A DNA stretch of 64,000 bases from Brevibacterium luteolum. Lineage in GTDB: Bacteria > Actinomycetota > Actinomycetes > Actinomycetales > Brevibacteriaceae. The notes below the pieces were generated by a model that saw only the letters and a program-made list of their open reading frames with translations, was not told the DNA's origin and made no database searches. Shown in pieces: positions 49,517-61,583 of this stretch. Position 1 is the stretch's first letter. Each line of letters opens with the position of its first letter. Position numbers and translations under genes: made by a program. The stretch is taken from assembly GCF_013004595.1 (NCBI RefSeq), contig NZ_JABEMC010000003.1:186001-250000 (forward strand), in the 5' to 3' direction.

Positions 49517-50838
49517 GACTCCGTCTCCTCGGTGTGGGCAGCCGCTGCGGCGACCATCGCCAGGGTGATCGTGGCGATCGTCTCCGGTGTGGAAATGTAG
49601 GGCGGCATCGTGTAGATGTGCTGGCGGAACGGCCGCAACCACACGCCGTGCCTGGCCGCGATGCGGGTGGTGAGGCCGACGTCGACGGGCCGGTCGAGTT
49701 CGATGACGCCGATCCCGCCGGTCACCCTGGCCTCATGGACGCCCGGCAGCTCTCGGGCAGGGGAGAGGCCTGCTTCCAAGGCCGGGGAGATGCGCTCGAT
49801 CGCCGGCTGCCAGCCGCTCGTCTCATCGCCGAAGAGCAGCCCAAGCGAGGCTGACGCCGCAGCACAGGCAAGCGGATTGGCCATGAAGGTCGGGCCGTGC
49901 ATGAGCGCTCGGTATGACGACTGCGTGATGACCTCAGCGACCGGGCCGCGGCACAGGAGTGCGGCCATGGTGAGGTATCCACCGGTCAGGGCTTTGCCCA
50001 GGCACATGACATCCGGAACGATGCCGGCAGTCTCACAGGCGAAGGCGGTGCCGGTGCGCCCGAAACCGGTGGCGATCTCATCAGCGATGAGCACCGCATC
50101 GATCTCATCGGCCAGCCGGCGCAGCGCCTGCAGTGCCGCCGGATGGTACGGCCGCATGCCACCGGCCCCCTGGAACAGGGGTTCGACGATGATGCCGGCC
50201 AGATCCTCAGCATGGGCGTCGACGAGGTTCTCTGCCTGGGTAACCCACGCCTCCACCTCGGCGGCGGGCGCCTCCGGCAGCGGCGGCCGGGGCAGGAAGA
50301 CGTTCTCAGCCAGAAGCGCCGCGAAATCGGCGTGCATGCCGCCGACCGGGTCGCACACGCTCATCGCCCCGGTCGTATCGCCGTGATAGGCGCCTTCGAG
50401 GGCGAGGAACGTGCCGCGCTGCCGCCGGCGCGCCCGTTGGTACTGGATCGCGAGCTTGAGCGCGACCTCGACAGAGACCGAACCGGAATCGGCGAGGAAC
50501 ACGTGATCGAGCCCGGCAGGAGTGACGTCGACGAGCCGTTCGGCAAGCTCGACGGCAGGATCGTGGGTCAGCCCACCGAACATGACGTGGGAGAACGACC
50601 CGATCTGCTCGGTGAGCGCGGCGTCCATGACCGGGTGGCGGTAGCCGTGAACGACCGACCACCACGAGCTCATGCCGTCGAGCAGCCGGTGGCTGGTGCC
50701 TGCGGCGTCGATCAGGTCGACGTACGGGCCCGAGGCACCGGTGACCGAGAAGTGCGCACCGGCATCGAGTGGCCCATACGGGTGCCACAGTAGGCCGGTG
50801 TCGCGCTTCAGAGTCGAGGCTTGGTGCTGGTCAGGCAT
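49513..50838 (-). CDS. bioA: DAPA aminotransferase
   Basis: [30 protein letters not shown]. Confidence 0.96.
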   Translation of the reverse strand: MPDQHQASTLKRDTGLLWHPYGPLDAGAHFSVTGASGPYVDLIDAAGTSHRLLDGMSSWWSVVHGYRHPVMDAALTEQIGSFSHVMFGGLTHDPAVELAERLVDVTPAGLDHVFLADSGSVSVEVALKLAIQYQRARRRQRGTFLALEGAYHGDTTGAMSVCDPVGGMHADFAALLAENVFLPRPPLPEAPAAEVEAWVTQAENLVDAHAEDLAGIIVEPLFQGAGGMRPYHPAALQALRRLADEIDAVLIADEIATGFGRTGTAFACETAGIVPDVMCLGKALTGGYLTMAALLCRGPVAEVITQSSYRALMHGPTFMANPLACAAASASLGLLFGDETSGWQPAIERISPALEAGLSPARELPGVHEARVTGGIGVIELDRPVDVGLTTRIAARHGVWLRPFRQHIYTMPPYISTPETIATITLAMVAAAAAHTEETES

Positions 50839-52057
50839 TGGGGGCGAGCTCCGTGCCGGCACCGCGGCGGCGGATCGTCGGGATCTGCACACCGGTCGAA
50901 CCCGCCTCGTGGCCGGCAGGCGGCAGCGGCTTGCCGCACGGCAGGGTGCTCGCGGTAGCCGCCGGGCTTGCCGCCGAGGCGGTGTCCTCGGAGGCGCCGG
51001 TGCCGTTGGCACTGGTGTCGAAGGCGGCCTGGTGGGCGGCGCGGTGGGCCTTGAGCTCATCGCGCAGCTGGGCGGTGTTCTTCGCACCGACGATCTCGAA
51101 GCCGCCGTCGACGATCATGTCGAGATCGTCTTCTGCGGCCTGGCCCTCGGAGGTGAGGTAATCACCGAGGAACAGCGAGTTGGCCACATGCAGCGACAGC
51201 GGCTGCAGCGAGCGCAGGTGCATCTCTCGGCCACCGGCGATGCGCAGCTCGCGGTCCGGGCACATGAACCGCACCGCGCACAGGATGCGCATGCAGTGCT
51301 GCGGGGTCAGCGTGTTCGTGCCCTCCAGCGGAGTGCCGTCGAAGGGGATGAGGAAGTTGACCGGAATCGAATCAGAGTCGACGGCCTTGAGCGATTCGAT
51401 CGTCTCGATAATCTGGGCGTTCGTCTCGCCCATGCCGACGATGAGGCCCGAGCACGGCGACATGCCGGCTTCGCGGGCCTTGTCGACGGTGTCGACGCGG
51501 TCGGCGAAGGTGTGCGTCGAGCAGATGTCGGCGTAGTGGGACTCGGCGGTGTTGAGGTTGTGGTTGTAGGCGTCGACTCCGGCGTCCTTGAGGCGCTTGG
51601 CCTGGCCGTCCTTGAGGAAGCCGAGGCAGGCGCACACCTCGACGCCGGGATTGGCGGACTTGATGTCCTCGACCATGCCGGAGACGCGCTCGACATCGCG
51701 GTTCGACGGGCCGCGGCCGGAGGCCACCAGGCACACGCGCGAGGCGCCGCCAGCCAGGCCGAACTCCGCCTGCCGGCGGGCTTCGTCACCGGGCAGCCAC
51801 GAGTACTTGAGGATTTCGGCCTCGGAGCCAAGGCGCTGCGAGCAGTAGCCGCAGTCCTCCGGGCACAGGCCGGACTTGAGGTTGACGAGGTAGTTGACTT
51901 TCACCCGGCTGCCGAAGTGCTCCCGGCGCAGGCGGGAGGCGGCGGCGACGAGGTCGAGGAGCTCCTCATCGGAGCTGGAGAGGATGGCGTGGGCGTCGTC
52001 AGCAGTGGCCGGGGTGCCAGCGAGGACGCGATCGGCGAGCGAAGAGTAGCTGAACAT
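50831..52057 (-). CDS. bioB: Biotin synthase
   Basis: [15 protein letters not shown]. Confidence 0.97.
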   Translation of the reverse strand: MFSYSSLADRVLAGTPATADDAHAILSSSDEELLDLVAAASRLRREHFGSRVKVNYLVNLKSGLCPEDCGYCSQRLGSEAEILKYSWLPGDEARRQAEFGLAGGASRVCLVASGRGPSNRDVERVSGMVEDIKSANPGVEVCACLGFLKDGQAKRLKDAGVDAYNHNLNTAESHYADICSTHTFADRVDTVDKAREAGMSPCSGLIVGMGETNAQIIETIESLKAVDSDSIPVNFLIPFDGTPLEGTNTLTPQHCMRILCAVRFMCPDRELRIAGGREMHLRSLQPLSLHVANSLFLGDYLTSEGQAAEDDLDMIVDGGFEIVGAKNTAQLRDELKAHRAAHQAAFDTSANGTGASEDTASAASPAATASTLPCGKPLPPAGHEAGSTGVQIPTIRRRGAGTELAPNA

Positions 52058-52081
52058 CGTTCAATTATTGAACAGTGTTCA
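52051..52081. promoter_or_regulatory. Two BioQ-type operators TGAAC-N3-GTTCA
   Basis: TGAACATCGTTCA overlapping the bioB ATG, and TGAACAGTGTTCA. Confidence 0.85.
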
Positions 52082-52122
52082 GCTGGGTGCAAAACCGGCA
52101 CGCCACCGGGCGGCTCACCTCG

Positions 52123-52962
52123 CTATTTGGCGGTGTTCTTCTTCACCTTCGTCCGGCCGGCGCGTGCGGCCGAGTAGCCGGCTCCGACGATGCCGGCGGC
52201 ATTGCGCAGCTCAGCCGGCCGGATCGGGGCTTCGAGCTTGAGCAGCGGCAGGAAGCTCTCGTGCTCCTTCGACACTCCGCCGCCGACGATGATGAGGTCG
52301 GGGTGGAGGAGCAGCTCGATCTGCGCGTAGTACTGCTGGAGCCTCTCAGCCCACTGCTCGAAGCTCAGCCCTTCGCGGGTGCGCACCGATTCGGCGGCCT
52401 GTGTCTCGGCATCAGCGCCGTTCATCTCGATGTGGCCGAGCTCTGTGAAGGGCACGAGCTGGCCGTTGGCGAACAGCGCGGTGCCAATGCCGGTGCCCAG
52501 GGTGGTGAGGATGACGGTCTGCTTGCGGTAGTCGCGGCCGGCGCCGAAGGTCATCTCGGCAAGGCCTGCGGCATCGGCGTCGTTGAGGACGTAGCAGCTG
52601 CGGCCGGTTGCCTTCTCCAGATGCTCAGGCAGGTGCTCGCCGATCCAGGACTGGTCGAGGTTCGGGGCGAAGCGCACGACGCCGTCCTTGAGGACGCCGG
52701 GGAAGGCCACGCCGATGGGGGCGTGGTCGAGTTCGGCGGCATCGGCGATGATGTCCTTCTGCAGGGCCTTGTCGATGACCTGCCCGACGACCTCGCTGAC
52801 CGTGGCGACCACCGCCTCGGGGGTGGCCGGCTGCGGGGTGAGGATGCGGCTGCGCTTGAACGCCAGCTCACCGGCGACCGGGTCGATGAGGCTGGCCTTG
52901 ATGCCGGTGCCGCCGATGTCGACGCCGATGGCCCAGTCAGCGCGCTGCGCTGCCGGGCTCAT
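52123..52962 (-). CDS. ppgK: Polyphosphate glucokinase
   Basis: [28 protein letters not shown]. Confidence 0.93.
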   Translation of the reverse strand: MSPAAQRADWAIGVDIGGTGIKASLIDPVAGELAFKRSRILTPQPATPEAVVATVSEVVGQVIDKALQKDIIADAAELDHAPIGVAFPGVLKDGVVRFAPNLDQSWIGEHLPEHLEKATGRSCYVLNDADAAGLAEMTFGAGRDYRKQTVILTTLGTGIGTALFANGQLVPFTELGHIEMNGADAETQAAESVRTREGLSFEQWAERLQQYYAQIELLLHPDLIIVGGGVSKEHESFLPLLKLEAPIRPAELRNAAGIVGAGYSAARAGRTKVKKNTAK

Positions 52963-53870
52963 GCCGGGTCTCCTGGTCCGCCGTAGATGGTTGCGGTCTC
53001 ATCGGGCAGGGTGAGGATGTCGGCGCCGGTCTCGGTGATCGCGATGGTGTGCTCGAACTGGGCTGAGCGCTTCTTATCGGCGGTGACGATCGTCCAATCG
53101 TCATCCCATGCCTCCCATCCCTCGGTGCCGAGGTTGAGCATCGGCTCGATGGTGAAGACCATGCCCGGGACGATGAGCTCGTCGTGGTTTGGGGCGGCGT
53201 CGTAGTGGGGGACGATGAGCCCGGAGTGGAACTCCGCGCCGACGCCGTGGCCGGTGTAGTCGCGGACGACGCCGTAGCTGAAGCGCTGGGCGTACTTCTC
53301 GATGACCCGGCCGATGATGTTGATCTGGCGGCCGGGTTTGGCGGCCTTGATGCCGCGCATCATCGCCTCGTGGGTGCGCAGCACGAGGTTGCGGGACTCG
53401 TCATCGACATCGCCGACAAAGAATGTGAAGTTCGTATCCCCGTGCATGCCCTCGAAGTAGGCGGTGATGTCGACGTTGAGGATGTCCCCGTCGTTGAGCA
53501 CCGTGTCATCGGGGATGCCGTGGCAGATGACCTCGTTGACCGAGGTGCAGCAGGCCTTGGGGAACCCGCGGTAGCCCAGGCATGACGGGTAGGCGCCGTG
53601 GTCGCAGAGGAACTCGTGGGCGATGCGGTCGAGTTCATCGGTCGTGACGCCGGGAGCCACCGCTTGGCCGACGGCTTCGAGCGCGTTGGCGGCGATGCGG
53701 CCGGCGGCGCGGATCTTCTCGATGTCCTCGGCGGAGTAGACATCGCCGGCGTTGCCCTCGTTCGGGACGGCCTTGCCGACGTATTCCGGACGCGGGATGT
53801 CCTTGGGAACGGGCAGGATCGGAGAGACGGTTCCTTTGCGCAGGGTGCCAAGCGGTGCGTGTGAAGTCAT
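52959..53870 (-). CDS. map: Methionine aminopeptidase type I
   Basis: [27 protein letters not shown]. Confidence 0.96.
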   Translation of the reverse strand: MTSHAPLGTLRKGTVSPILPVPKDIPRPEYVGKAVPNEGNAGDVYSAEDIEKIRAAGRIAANALEAVGQAVAPGVTTDELDRIAHEFLCDHGAYPSCLGYRGFPKACCTSVNEVICHGIPDDTVLNDGDILNVDITAYFEGMHGDTNFTFFVGDVDDESRNLVLRTHEAMMRGIKAAKPGRQINIIGRVIEKYAQRFSYGVVRDYTGHGVGAEFHSGLIVPHYDAAPNHDELIVPGMVFTIEPMLNLGTEGWEAWDDDWTIVTADKKRSAQFEHTIAITETGADILTLPDETATIYGGPGDPA

Positions 53871-53893
53871 GATGATCCCCAGTCTAACGCGGA

Positions 53894-53927
53894 AGGCGGC
53901 CGCCTCCAGGTGTGGAGACGGCCGCCT
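53894..53927 (-). terminator. ald terminator
   Basis: AGGCGGCCGCCTCCA/TGGAGACGGCCGCCT. Confidence 0.7.
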
Positions 53928-53942
53928 GCGGTGAGACGTGCC

Positions 53943-55061
53943 TCAGTCTGCGAGGACCTTCTCAGGTGCGGTGAAGTCGAGGTTGAATGCCTCGGCGACA
54001 TTGGCGTTGGTGACGTGGCCGTCGAAGGTGTTGAGGCCGCGTGCCAGGCCGGTGTCCTTCTTCATCGCCTCGCGCCATCCCTGGTCGGCGACCTTGAGCA
54101 CGTAGCTCATGGTGGCGTTCGTCAGGGCGCGGGTCGAGGTGGTCGGCACAGCACCGGGCATGTTCGCCACGCAGTAGTACACCGAGTTGTGGACCTCGAA
54201 GGTCGGGTCGTCGTGGGTGGTCGGCTTCGAGTTCTCGAAGCAGCCGCCCTGGTCGATGGCGATGTCGACGAGCACCGAGCCGGGCTTCATGTTCTGGACC
54301 ATCTCGTCGGTCACGAGCTTCGGGGCGCGCTTGCCGGGGATGAGGACCGAGCCGATGACGAGGTCTGCGGTGCGCAGCGAATCGGCGATGTCGTACTCGT
54401 TGGACATGCGGGCCTGCAGGCCGGTGCCGTACTGCTCTTCGAGCTGGCGCAGACGCGGCAGCGAGATGTCGAAGATGTCGACCTGCGCACCGAGACCCAG
54501 GGCGATGCGGGCGGCAGCGGTGCCGGCGACACCGGCGCCGACGACGGTGACCTTGCCGCGTTCGACACCCGGGACGGCCGAGAGCAGGATGCCGCGGCCG
54601 CCGTTCTTCTTCAGCAGGCTGTTGGCGCCGACCTGGGTCGACAGGCGGCCTGCGACCTCGGACATGGGTGCCAGCAGCGGCAGACCCTGACCATCGGGTT
54701 GGACGGTCTCGTAGGCGATCGCTGTCGTGCCGGCCTCGACGAGGCGGTTGGTCAGCGGCTCATCGGCGGCCAGGTGCAGGTACGTGAAGAGGGTGAGATC
54801 CTTCCGCAGGAAGTCGTATTCCTCAGCGACGGGCTCCTTGACCTTGAGCACCATCTCGCCGGCCTCCCACGTCGAGGCGGCATCAGGGGTGATGGTGGCA
54901 CCGGCGGCGGCGTACTCCTCGTCGGTGATGCTCGAGCCGAGACCGGCGCCAGCCTGGACGCTGACCTCGTGACCGCGCTTGGTCAGCTCATTGACACCGG
55001 CTGGGGTGATGGCCACGCGGAATTCGCTGTTCTTGACTTCAGTGGGAACGGCAATCTTCAT
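53943..55061 (-). CDS. ald: Alanine dehydrogenase
   Basis: [36 protein letters not shown]. Confidence 0.96.
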   Translation of the reverse strand: MKIAVPTEVKNSEFRVAITPAGVNELTKRGHEVSVQAGAGLGSSITDEEYAAAGATITPDAASTWEAGEMVLKVKEPVAEEYDFLRKDLTLFTYLHLAADEPLTNRLVEAGTTAIAYETVQPDGQGLPLLAPMSEVAGRLSTQVGANSLLKKNGGRGILLSAVPGVERGKVTVVGAGVAGTAAARIALGLGAQVDIFDISLPRLRQLEEQYGTGLQARMSNEYDIADSLRTADLVIGSVLIPGKRAPKLVTDEMVQNMKPGSVLVDIAIDQGGCFENSKPTTHDDPTFEVHNSVYYCVANMPGAVPTTSTRALTNATMSYVLKVADQGWREAMKKDTGLARGLNTFDGHVTNANVAEAFNLDFTAPEKVLAD

Positions 55062-55240
55062 TGACAGACCTTTCATTTCAACGCTCTGGGGCGCAATTCA
55101 CAACTCCCTGACGCACACCTTACGGCGCGCGGACGATAGCGGCCAATTGCCGCCAGTCAGCGCGCTAGACTGGGACGACAGGGTGCCTGGGGCACACGCG
55201 TCCCCGGCGCTGCCTAACCGTCCGACGAGGGAGCTCAGCG

Positions 55241-55441
55241 ATGACTGATCAGGAAGAGACCTACGGCGCCGAGAAGTACTGGTTCAACACCAAGACCGGC
55301 AAGGTCGAGCACGGCCCGCAGAGCAACTGGGAGAACCGCATGGGCCCCTACGACACCGCCAAAGAAGCCGAACAGGCCCTGGCCAAGGCAGCCGAGAACA
55401 CGAAGCAGTGGGACGCTGAGGACAAGGAGTGGAACGGCTGA
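55241..55441 (+). CDS. Small conserved actinobacterial protein (often labelled SPOR-like)
   Basis: YWFNTKTGKVE..RMGPY..WD. Confidence 0.85.
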   Translation: MTDQEETYGAEKYWFNTKTGKVEHGPQSNWENRMGPYDTAKEAEQALAKAAENTKQWDAEDKEWNG

Positions 55442-56784
55442 TGTCGATGAACCGCCAGCAGGAGTACGTGCTGTCCACGGTCGAAGACCGTGACGTCAAG
55501 TTCATCCGCCTGTGGTTCACCGATGTGCTCGGCCAGCTCAAGTCGGTGGCCATCGTGCCTGCCGAACTCGAAGGCGCCTTCCGGGAGGGCATCGGCTTCG
55601 ACGGCTCCTCCGTTGAGGGCTTCTCCCGGATCTTCGAAGCCGATATGGTGCTGCGGCCCGATCCGGCGACCTTCGCGCTGCTGCCGTGGCGCGGAGACAC
55701 CGAGCCGACCGCCCGGATGTTCTGCGACATCTACGATCCCGACGGCACCCCGTCGGCCTCGGACCCGCGCAATGTGCTCAAGCGCCAGATGAAGATCGCC
55801 AGCGACCGCGGTTTCACCTTCTACGTCCACCCGGAGATCGAGTTCTACCTCTTCAAGTCCGGCCACCTCGGCGGCCAGCCGCCGGTGCCCGTCGACACCG
55901 CAGGATACTTCGACCACGTCGATGGCGGCACGGCGAACAACTTCCGCCGCAGTGCTGTGCAGATGCTCGAATCGATGGGCATCTCCGTGGAGTTCTCGCA
56001 CCACGAGGCCGGCCCTGGCCAGAACGAGATCGACCTGCGCTACGCCGACGGGCTGACGATGGCCGACAACGTCATGACGTTCCGCACCGTCATCCGCGAA
56101 GTCGCCCTCGAACAGGGCGTGTTCGCCTCGTTTATGCCCAAGCCGCTCATCGACGAGCCCGGCAACGGCATGCACACCCACGTCTCGCTGTTCGAAGGCG
56201 ATGAGAACGCCTTCTACGAACCCGGTGCTGAGTATCAGCTCTCCCAGACCGGCCGGCAGTTCGTCGCCGGTCTGCTGGAGCACACCCCGGAGATCTCAGC
56301 GGTGACGAACCAGTACGTCAACTCCTACAAGCGGCTGTGGACCGGGCACGAAGCGCCCAGCTACATCTGCTGGGGCCACCGCAACCGCTCCGCACTCGTG
56401 AGGATCCCGCAGTACAAGTCGGGCAAGGCCTCCTCGGCGCGGGTCGAATACCGCGGCATCGACTCCTCAGCCAACCCGTACCTGACGTACTCGCTCATGC
56501 TGGCCGCTGGCCTCAAGGGCATCGAAGAGGGCTACGAGCTGCCCGACGAAGCCGAGGACAATGTGTGGCTGCTGTCCGATCATGAGCGCCGCGCACTCGG
56601 CATCTCGGCGATGCCGGTGAGCCTCAACGACGCGGTCGCGAAGATGGAGAACAGCGAACTCGTCGCCGACACCCTCGGCGAAGCGGTGTTCGAGTTCGTG
56701 CTGCGCAACAAGATGCAGGAGTGGGTCGACTACCGCGACCAGGTCACCCCGCACGAGTACCGACGCCACTTCAACACCATATGA
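55441..56784 (+). CDS. glnA2: Glutamine synthetase family protein GlnA2
   Basis: RQQEYVL, FIRLWFTD, HHEAGPGQNE, MPKP. Confidence 0.93.
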   Translation: MSMNRQQEYVLSTVEDRDVKFIRLWFTDVLGQLKSVAIVPAELEGAFREGIGFDGSSVEGFSRIFEADMVLRPDPATFALLPWRGDTEPTARMFCDIYDPDGTPSASDPRNVLKRQMKIASDRGFTFYVHPEIEFYLFKSGHLGGQPPVPVDTAGYFDHVDGGTANNFRRSAVQMLESMGISVEFSHHEAGPGQNEIDLRYADGLTMADNVMTFRTVIREVALEQGVFASFMPKPLIDEPGNGMHTHVSLFEGDENAFYEPGAEYQLSQTGRQFVAGLLEHTPEISAVTNQYVNSYKRLWTGHEAPSYICWGHRNRSALVRIPQYKSGKASSARVEYRGIDSSANPYLTYSLMLAAGLKGIEEGYELPDEAEDNVWLLSDHERRALGISAMPVSLNDAVAKMENSELVADTLGEAVFEFVLRNKMQEWVDYRDQVTPHEYRRHFNTI

Positions 56785-59700
56785 GCCGTCAGGTCGACCC
56801 CGCACGCAGCCGCTCAGGCTTCGGGGACTCCCGCCGTGCCAGGGGGTTCCTGGCTGAGGCCGACGAGCTGCTCGGCAGGGAGGTGCTGAGCTCACCGGTC
56901 AGCGTCGAGCTCATCACCCAGGCACCTGACCCGGATGCCGCGGCGCTTGGGATCCTGCGCACCATCGAGGCACTCGATGAGAAGGGTCAGCGCCGCTTTG
57001 CCAGCGCCGTCGATGAGTATTCGAACTTCCTCCCACGACTGTCGCATCTGGCAGGGACTTCGGATGTCTCAGTCGATCACTTCGTGCGCCGGCCCGAGGC
57101 GGTGTTCCTGCTCGCCGCAGAGAACCAGACCCTGCTCCTGGGCACCGAGGCGGCCGAACCGGCGCGGCTGCGGGCCCACCTGTTCGAGGCCATCGGTGCC
57201 GATCCCGCCGCCGAGGCCCCGGTCGCCTCGGTCACGGGGGAGGACGCTGTCGTCGCGCTGCGGCAGGCCTACCGGGATCTGCTCGTCCAGCTCACCTGCG
57301 ACGATCTCGGCAGCCTGTTCGCCAATGAGATCGTCTGCGATGTGTCCGCGCTGCTCGCCGACATGGCAGCCGCGGCGATCGACGCCGCTCTCGCCGTCGC
57401 GCGGGCCGAAACCGATGATGCCGAGACGGTGCGGCTGGCTGTCATTGCGATGGGGAAGTGCGGAGCCCGGGAACTCAACTACGTCAGCGACGTCGACGTC
57501 GTCTACTGCTGGGCACCTGCTGACACCGGTGAGCCCGACAGCGGCGGCCAGGACACCGACCACGGTGCGCAGGCCCGCAGACTGGCCGAACTCGACGAAT
57601 CCGGTGCGCGAACAGCGACGAAGCTCGCCCACCGGCTGGCCGAGGTCATCGCCGGCTACGCGCCCGAACCTCCCCTGTGGGAGGTCGATGCCGCACTGCG
57701 TCCGGAGGGCAAGAACGGCCCGTTGGTGCGCAAACTGGAGGAGTTCGAGCACTACTACGAGAACATCGCCCACAACTGGGAGTTCCAGGCGCTGCTCAAG
57801 GCCCGCCCGATCGCCGGTGACCGCGACCTGGGCACAGCTTGGTTCGAGACCCTCAACCCGCATGTGTGGACCGCCTCGGCCAGACCCGGGTTCATCGACG
57901 AGGTGCGGCGGATGCGCATCCGCGTCGTCGACCTCATCCCGGCCAAGGAAGCCAAACGCCAGATCAAGCTCGGGGCCGGGGGACTGCGGGATGTTGAGTT
58001 CTCCGCCCAGCTGCTGCAGCTCGTCCACGGCCGCGACGACGAAGCCATCCGGGTGACGAACACCCTCGAGCTGCTCGACCGGCTCGGTGCACGCGGGTAC
58101 ATCTCCTCCGATGATGCCGCCGACCTCAGCGAGTCCTACCGGTTTCTGCGCACCGTCGAGCACCGGCTGCAGATCCCGCGGATGCGCCGGACTGCGCTGC
58201 TGCCGACACAGGAGAAGAAGATGCGCGCACTCTCGCGCAGCGTCTACGCCCTCGGCGACCGCTCTCCGCAGCGGCTGCAGGAGGAGCGCGAGTCCCGGTC
58301 CCGGCGGATCCGGGCGCTTCATGAGCAGATCTTCTACCGCCCGATCCTCGAAGCCGCTGCCGGCCATGGGGCGATCTCCCGGCTCTCAGCCGAATCGGCC
58401 CGCGAACGTCTGTCGGCGTTCGGCTACCGCGATCCGAAGTCGGCGATGAAGCACATTCAGGCGCTGACCACCGGTGTGTCGCGCGCAGCGATGGTGCAGA
58501 AGCAGGTGCTCCCGGCGCTGCTCGACTGGTTCTCCCGCGGTGTAGACCCTGATGCCGGGCTGCTGGCGTTCCGTCGGCTTTCCGAATCGCTGTCGACTTC
58601 GACGTGGTACGTCAAGATGCTGCGCGATTCCGGCGTCGCAGCCAAGTCGATGGCCCACGTGCTGTCGCTGTCCTCGTTCGCCACCGAGCTGCTGCTGCGC
58701 AACCCCAGCGCCGTGTCCTGGTTGGACGATCAGAGTCGGCTGCAGCTGCGGGAGCCAGAGGACATCGAAGCCCAGCTGCGCGGCATCGTCGACCGGCACG
58801 GCCACGAGGCGGTCCCGGCGGTGCGCGCCCGCTACAGCCGGGAGGTGCTGCGCATCGCGCTGTCCGACATCCTCGGCATTGCCGACCGCAGGGACATCCC
58901 CAAGCAGCTGGCCACCCTCATGGACACGGCGATCGATGCGACCGTGCGCGCGGTACGCGCCGGACTCGACGCCGATGCCGAGGTGGGCAAGTACGAGTTC
59001 GCGATCATCGCGATGGGCCGCCTCGGGGGAGCTGAGATCGGGTATTTCTCCGACGCAGATGTGATGTTTGCCTTCCGCTCTCTGGAGAAGAACCTCGACG
59101 CCGACGCCCGCTCCACGCTCAGTTCGCACGTGCGCCGGGTCGCGCTCGAGGTGACCAATCAGCTCGGCAGCGCCGGGCCCTCCCGACCGATTGAGATCGA
59201 TGCGGACCTTCGTCCGGAGGGCAAGAAGGGGCCGCTCGTGCGCTCTCTGGACTCCTACGCCGGCTACTACGACAAGTGGTCCGAGCCGTGGGAGGCGCAA
59301 GCGCTGCTGCGCGCCCGGCCGATCGCCGGTGAGCAGACTCTGCGCGATGCCTTCACCGAGCTCATCGACCCGCTGCGCTACCCCGACGAGGTGCCTGAAT
59401 CCTCGCTGCGGCAGATGCGCCGGCTCAAAGCGCGCATGGAGAGTGAACGCCTGCCCCGCGGCGCTGACCCGAATCGGCACCTCAAACTCGGCCGCGGCAG
59501 CCTGTCCGACGTCGAATGGACGGTTCAGCTGCTGCAGATGCAGCACGCCGCTGACAATCCACATCTGCGCACCACCGAGACCCTGGCAGCCCTCGACGCG
59601 CTCCTCGCCGCCGGGGAGGTCGGTGCCGAGGACGCCGAGATCCTCAGCGAGGCCTGGCTGCTGGCCACCGGCGTGCGCTCAGCTGTGACCCTGTTCCGCG

Positions 59701-59954
59701 GCCGCACGGCAGCCGCCCTGCCGGCGGACTCAGCCGAACTGGAGGCTACTGCCCGGCTGCTCGACTACGAACCCGGGTGCGGCCAGGACCTCTTCGACGA
59801 CTACCTCGGCGCCACCCGCCGGGCACGGAAGGTCATGGAGCGGTTGTTCTACGACTTCGACGAAGAGCAGGCAGGCAGCCACGCCCACGCGGCCAATCGC
59901 GGCCACGTCGCCGACCCCGACGAATTCGCCCGCGGCTACTCTCGCCGGTTCTGA
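56781..59954 (+). CDS. glnE: GS adenylyltransferase/adenylyl-removing enzyme
   Basis: Two NT domains: MGKCGARELNYVSDVD and MGRLGGAEIGYFSDAD. Confidence 0.96.
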   Translation: MSRQVDPARSRSGFGDSRRARGFLAEADELLGREVLSSPVSVELITQAPDPDAAALGILRTIEALDEKGQRRFASAVDEYSNFLPRLSHLAGTSDVSVDHFVRRPEAVFLLAAENQTLLLGTEAAEPARLRAHLFEAIGADPAAEAPVASVTGEDAVVALRQAYRDLLVQLTCDDLGSLFANEIVCDVSALLADMAAAAIDAALAVARAETDDAETVRLAVIAMGKCGARELNYVSDVDVVYCWAPADTGEPDSGGQDTDHGAQARRLAELDESGARTATKLAHRLAEVIAGYAPEPPLWEVDAALRPEGKNGPLVRKLEEFEHYYENIAHNWEFQALLKARPIAGDRDLGTAWFETLNPHVWTASARPGFIDEVRRMRIRVVDLIPAKEAKRQIKLGAGGLRDVEFSAQLLQLVHGRDDEAIRVTNTLELLDRLGARGYISSDDAADLSESYRFLRTVEHRLQIPRMRRTALLPTQEKKMRALSRSVYALGDRSPQRLQEERESRSRRIRALHEQIFYRPILEAAAGHGAISRLSAESARERLSAFGYRDPKSAMKHIQALTTGVSRAAMVQKQVLPALLDWFSRGVDPDAGLLAFRRLSESLSTSTWYVKMLRDSGVAAKSMAHVLSLSSFATELLLRNPSAVSWLDDQSRLQLREPEDIEAQLRGIVDRHGHEAVPAVRARYSREVLRIALSDILGIADRRDIPKQLATLMDTAIDATVRAVRAGLDADAEVGKYEFAIIAMGRLGGAEIGYFSDADVMFAFRSLEKNLDADARSTLSSHVRRVALEVTNQLGSAGPSRPIEIDADLRPEGKKGPLVRSLDSYAGYYDKWSEPWEAQALLRARPIAGEQTLRDAFTELIDPLRYPDEVPESSLRQMRRLKARMESERLPRGADPNRHLKLGRGSLSDVEWTVQLLQMQHAADNPHLRTTETLAALDALLAAGEVGAEDAEILSEAWLLATGVRSAVTLFRGRTAAALPADSAELEATARLLDYEPGCGQDLFDDYLGATRRARKVMERLFYDFDEEQAGSHAHAANRGHVADPDEFARGYSRRF

Positions 59955-59973
59955 ACCACCGGTTCGCACCTGC

Positions 59974-61443
59974 TCAGCCGAGCTCGAGGCCGAGGAGGGC
60001 GTTCTCGACGACCTCGGGCAGCGCCGGATGGATCCAGTACTGGTGCTTGGCCATCTGGTCAGCTGGCAGCCCGAAGGCCATCGCCTGGATGAGCGGCTGG
60101 ATGATCATCGAGGCTTCCGCGCCGAGGATGTGGGCGCCGAGGATCTGCCCGCTGGTGCGATCGGCGATGACCTTGCAGAATCCGGTCCGGTCCTCCAGCG
60201 CCCAGCCGTAGGCGACGTCGCTGTACTCCTGGACCTTGACGGTATAGTCGCAGCCAGCCTCCCGGGCCTCAGCCTCGGTCAGGCCGACGCCGGCCGACTG
60301 CGGGTACGAGAACACCGCTGCCGGGACCGCGTGATGGTTGGCCTCGGTGAGATCGGCCTCCTGCGCGCCACCGACTGAACCGGAGGCGATGTCGGCGAGC
60401 AGGTTGGCCTTGACGATGTGCGCCTCGTGGTTGGCGACGTGTTTGAGCTGGTAGTCCGAGCACACGTCGCCGAGCGCGAAGACACCGGGCAGCGGCTTTC
60501 CCCCGGAGCGCACCCGCTGGTACTCATCAACGCTGATCGAGCCCCGCTCGACGTCGATGTCGGTGTGCTCCAGGCCCAGCTGCCCGGTCGAGGGCGTGCG
60601 GCCGGTGGCCATGAGCACGAGGTCGGTGTCGATGACATCCCCGGCATCGGTCGTCAGTCGTACGGCCCGGGCGCCGGGCTGTCCCTGCGCAGCCTCAGCG
60701 TTTTCGCGGATCTCGTAGCGGGTCGCCACGGTGTCAGTGCGCAGGTCGATGCGCGGGGCGGCGCCGAACGCGTGGGTGAAGCGTTCGGAGACGAGCTCAT
60801 CGGAGTGTTTCAGCAGCCGCTTCCCGCGCACGAGCACCGTGACTTCCACACCCAAGGAGGAGAAGACATGGGCGAACTCGGCGGCGATGACGCCGCCGCC
60901 GATGACGACCATCGACTCCGGCAGCGCATCGATGCGCATGATGGTATCCGACGTGCGCACCGGGTAGCCGGGGGTGTCGACGCGCTGGGGATCGAGGCCC
61001 TCGGCCGTCGGAACGACCGGGTGGGAGCCGGTGGCGATGACGATGCGGTCGGCGGTGAACTCCGTGCCCGAGGCGGTGCGGAAGGAGCGGGCACCGGTGA
61101 ACTCGACATGTTCGGGGTAGACGGTGACATTGTCGAGCTCATGGGTTCGGTAGGCGCGGCCGCTGGACTCGATCTGGTCGATGCGCGAGAAGATCCGGTC
61201 GCGGATCGACTGCCAGTCCGCGCTGTTGAAGGAGGTGTCGATGCCGAAGCGCTCACCATCAGCGGCAAGACGGGCGAGGTCGGCAGTGTGCACGAACATC
61301 TTCGTCGGGATGCAGCCGACGTTGAGACAGGTGCCGCCGAAGCGGGCGGACTCAGCAATGGCGACCGAGAGGTCGTCGAAGCGGTGATCGATGATGGAGT
61401 TGCCGGACCCGGTGCCGATGACAAGTACGTCGTAATGAGCCAT
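59974..61443 (-). CDS. mtr: Mycothione reductase
   Basis: GTGSGNS, CLNVGC, YQLKHVANHE, YWIHPALPE. Confidence 0.93.
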   Translation of the reverse strand: MAHYDVLVIGTGSGNSIIDHRFDDLSVAIAESARFGGTCLNVGCIPTKMFVHTADLARLAADGERFGIDTSFNSADWQSIRDRIFSRIDQIESSGRAYRTHELDNVTVYPEHVEFTGARSFRTASGTEFTADRIVIATGSHPVVPTAEGLDPQRVDTPGYPVRTSDTIMRIDALPESMVVIGGGVIAAEFAHVFSSLGVEVTVLVRGKRLLKHSDELVSERFTHAFGAAPRIDLRTDTVATRYEIRENAEAAQGQPGARAVRLTTDAGDVIDTDLVLMATGRTPSTGQLGLEHTDIDVERGSISVDEYQRVRSGGKPLPGVFALGDVCSDYQLKHVANHEAHIVKANLLADIASGSVGGAQEADLTEANHHAVPAAVFSYPQSAGVGLTEAEAREAGCDYTVKVQEYSDVAYGWALEDRTGFCKVIADRTSGQILGAHILGAEASMIIQPLIQAMAFGLPADQMAKHQYWIHPALPEVVENALLGLELG

Positions 61444-61498
61444 GATACAAATCCTACGAGATCAGCCCGATCGTCAACGGGCCGCCCACACAGAGACA

Positions 61499-61535
61499 CC
61501 GCAGGCGGCATCCCGGTGGGGGAGACCGCCTGCGG
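61499..61535 (-). terminator. glnA terminator
   Basis: CCGCAGGCGG/CCGCCTGCGG. Confidence 0.65.
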
Positions 61536-61583
61536 CGCTGCACCTGTCAGCCGGGCCGGGCTGCTCAGGTCACGGGGTGCTCA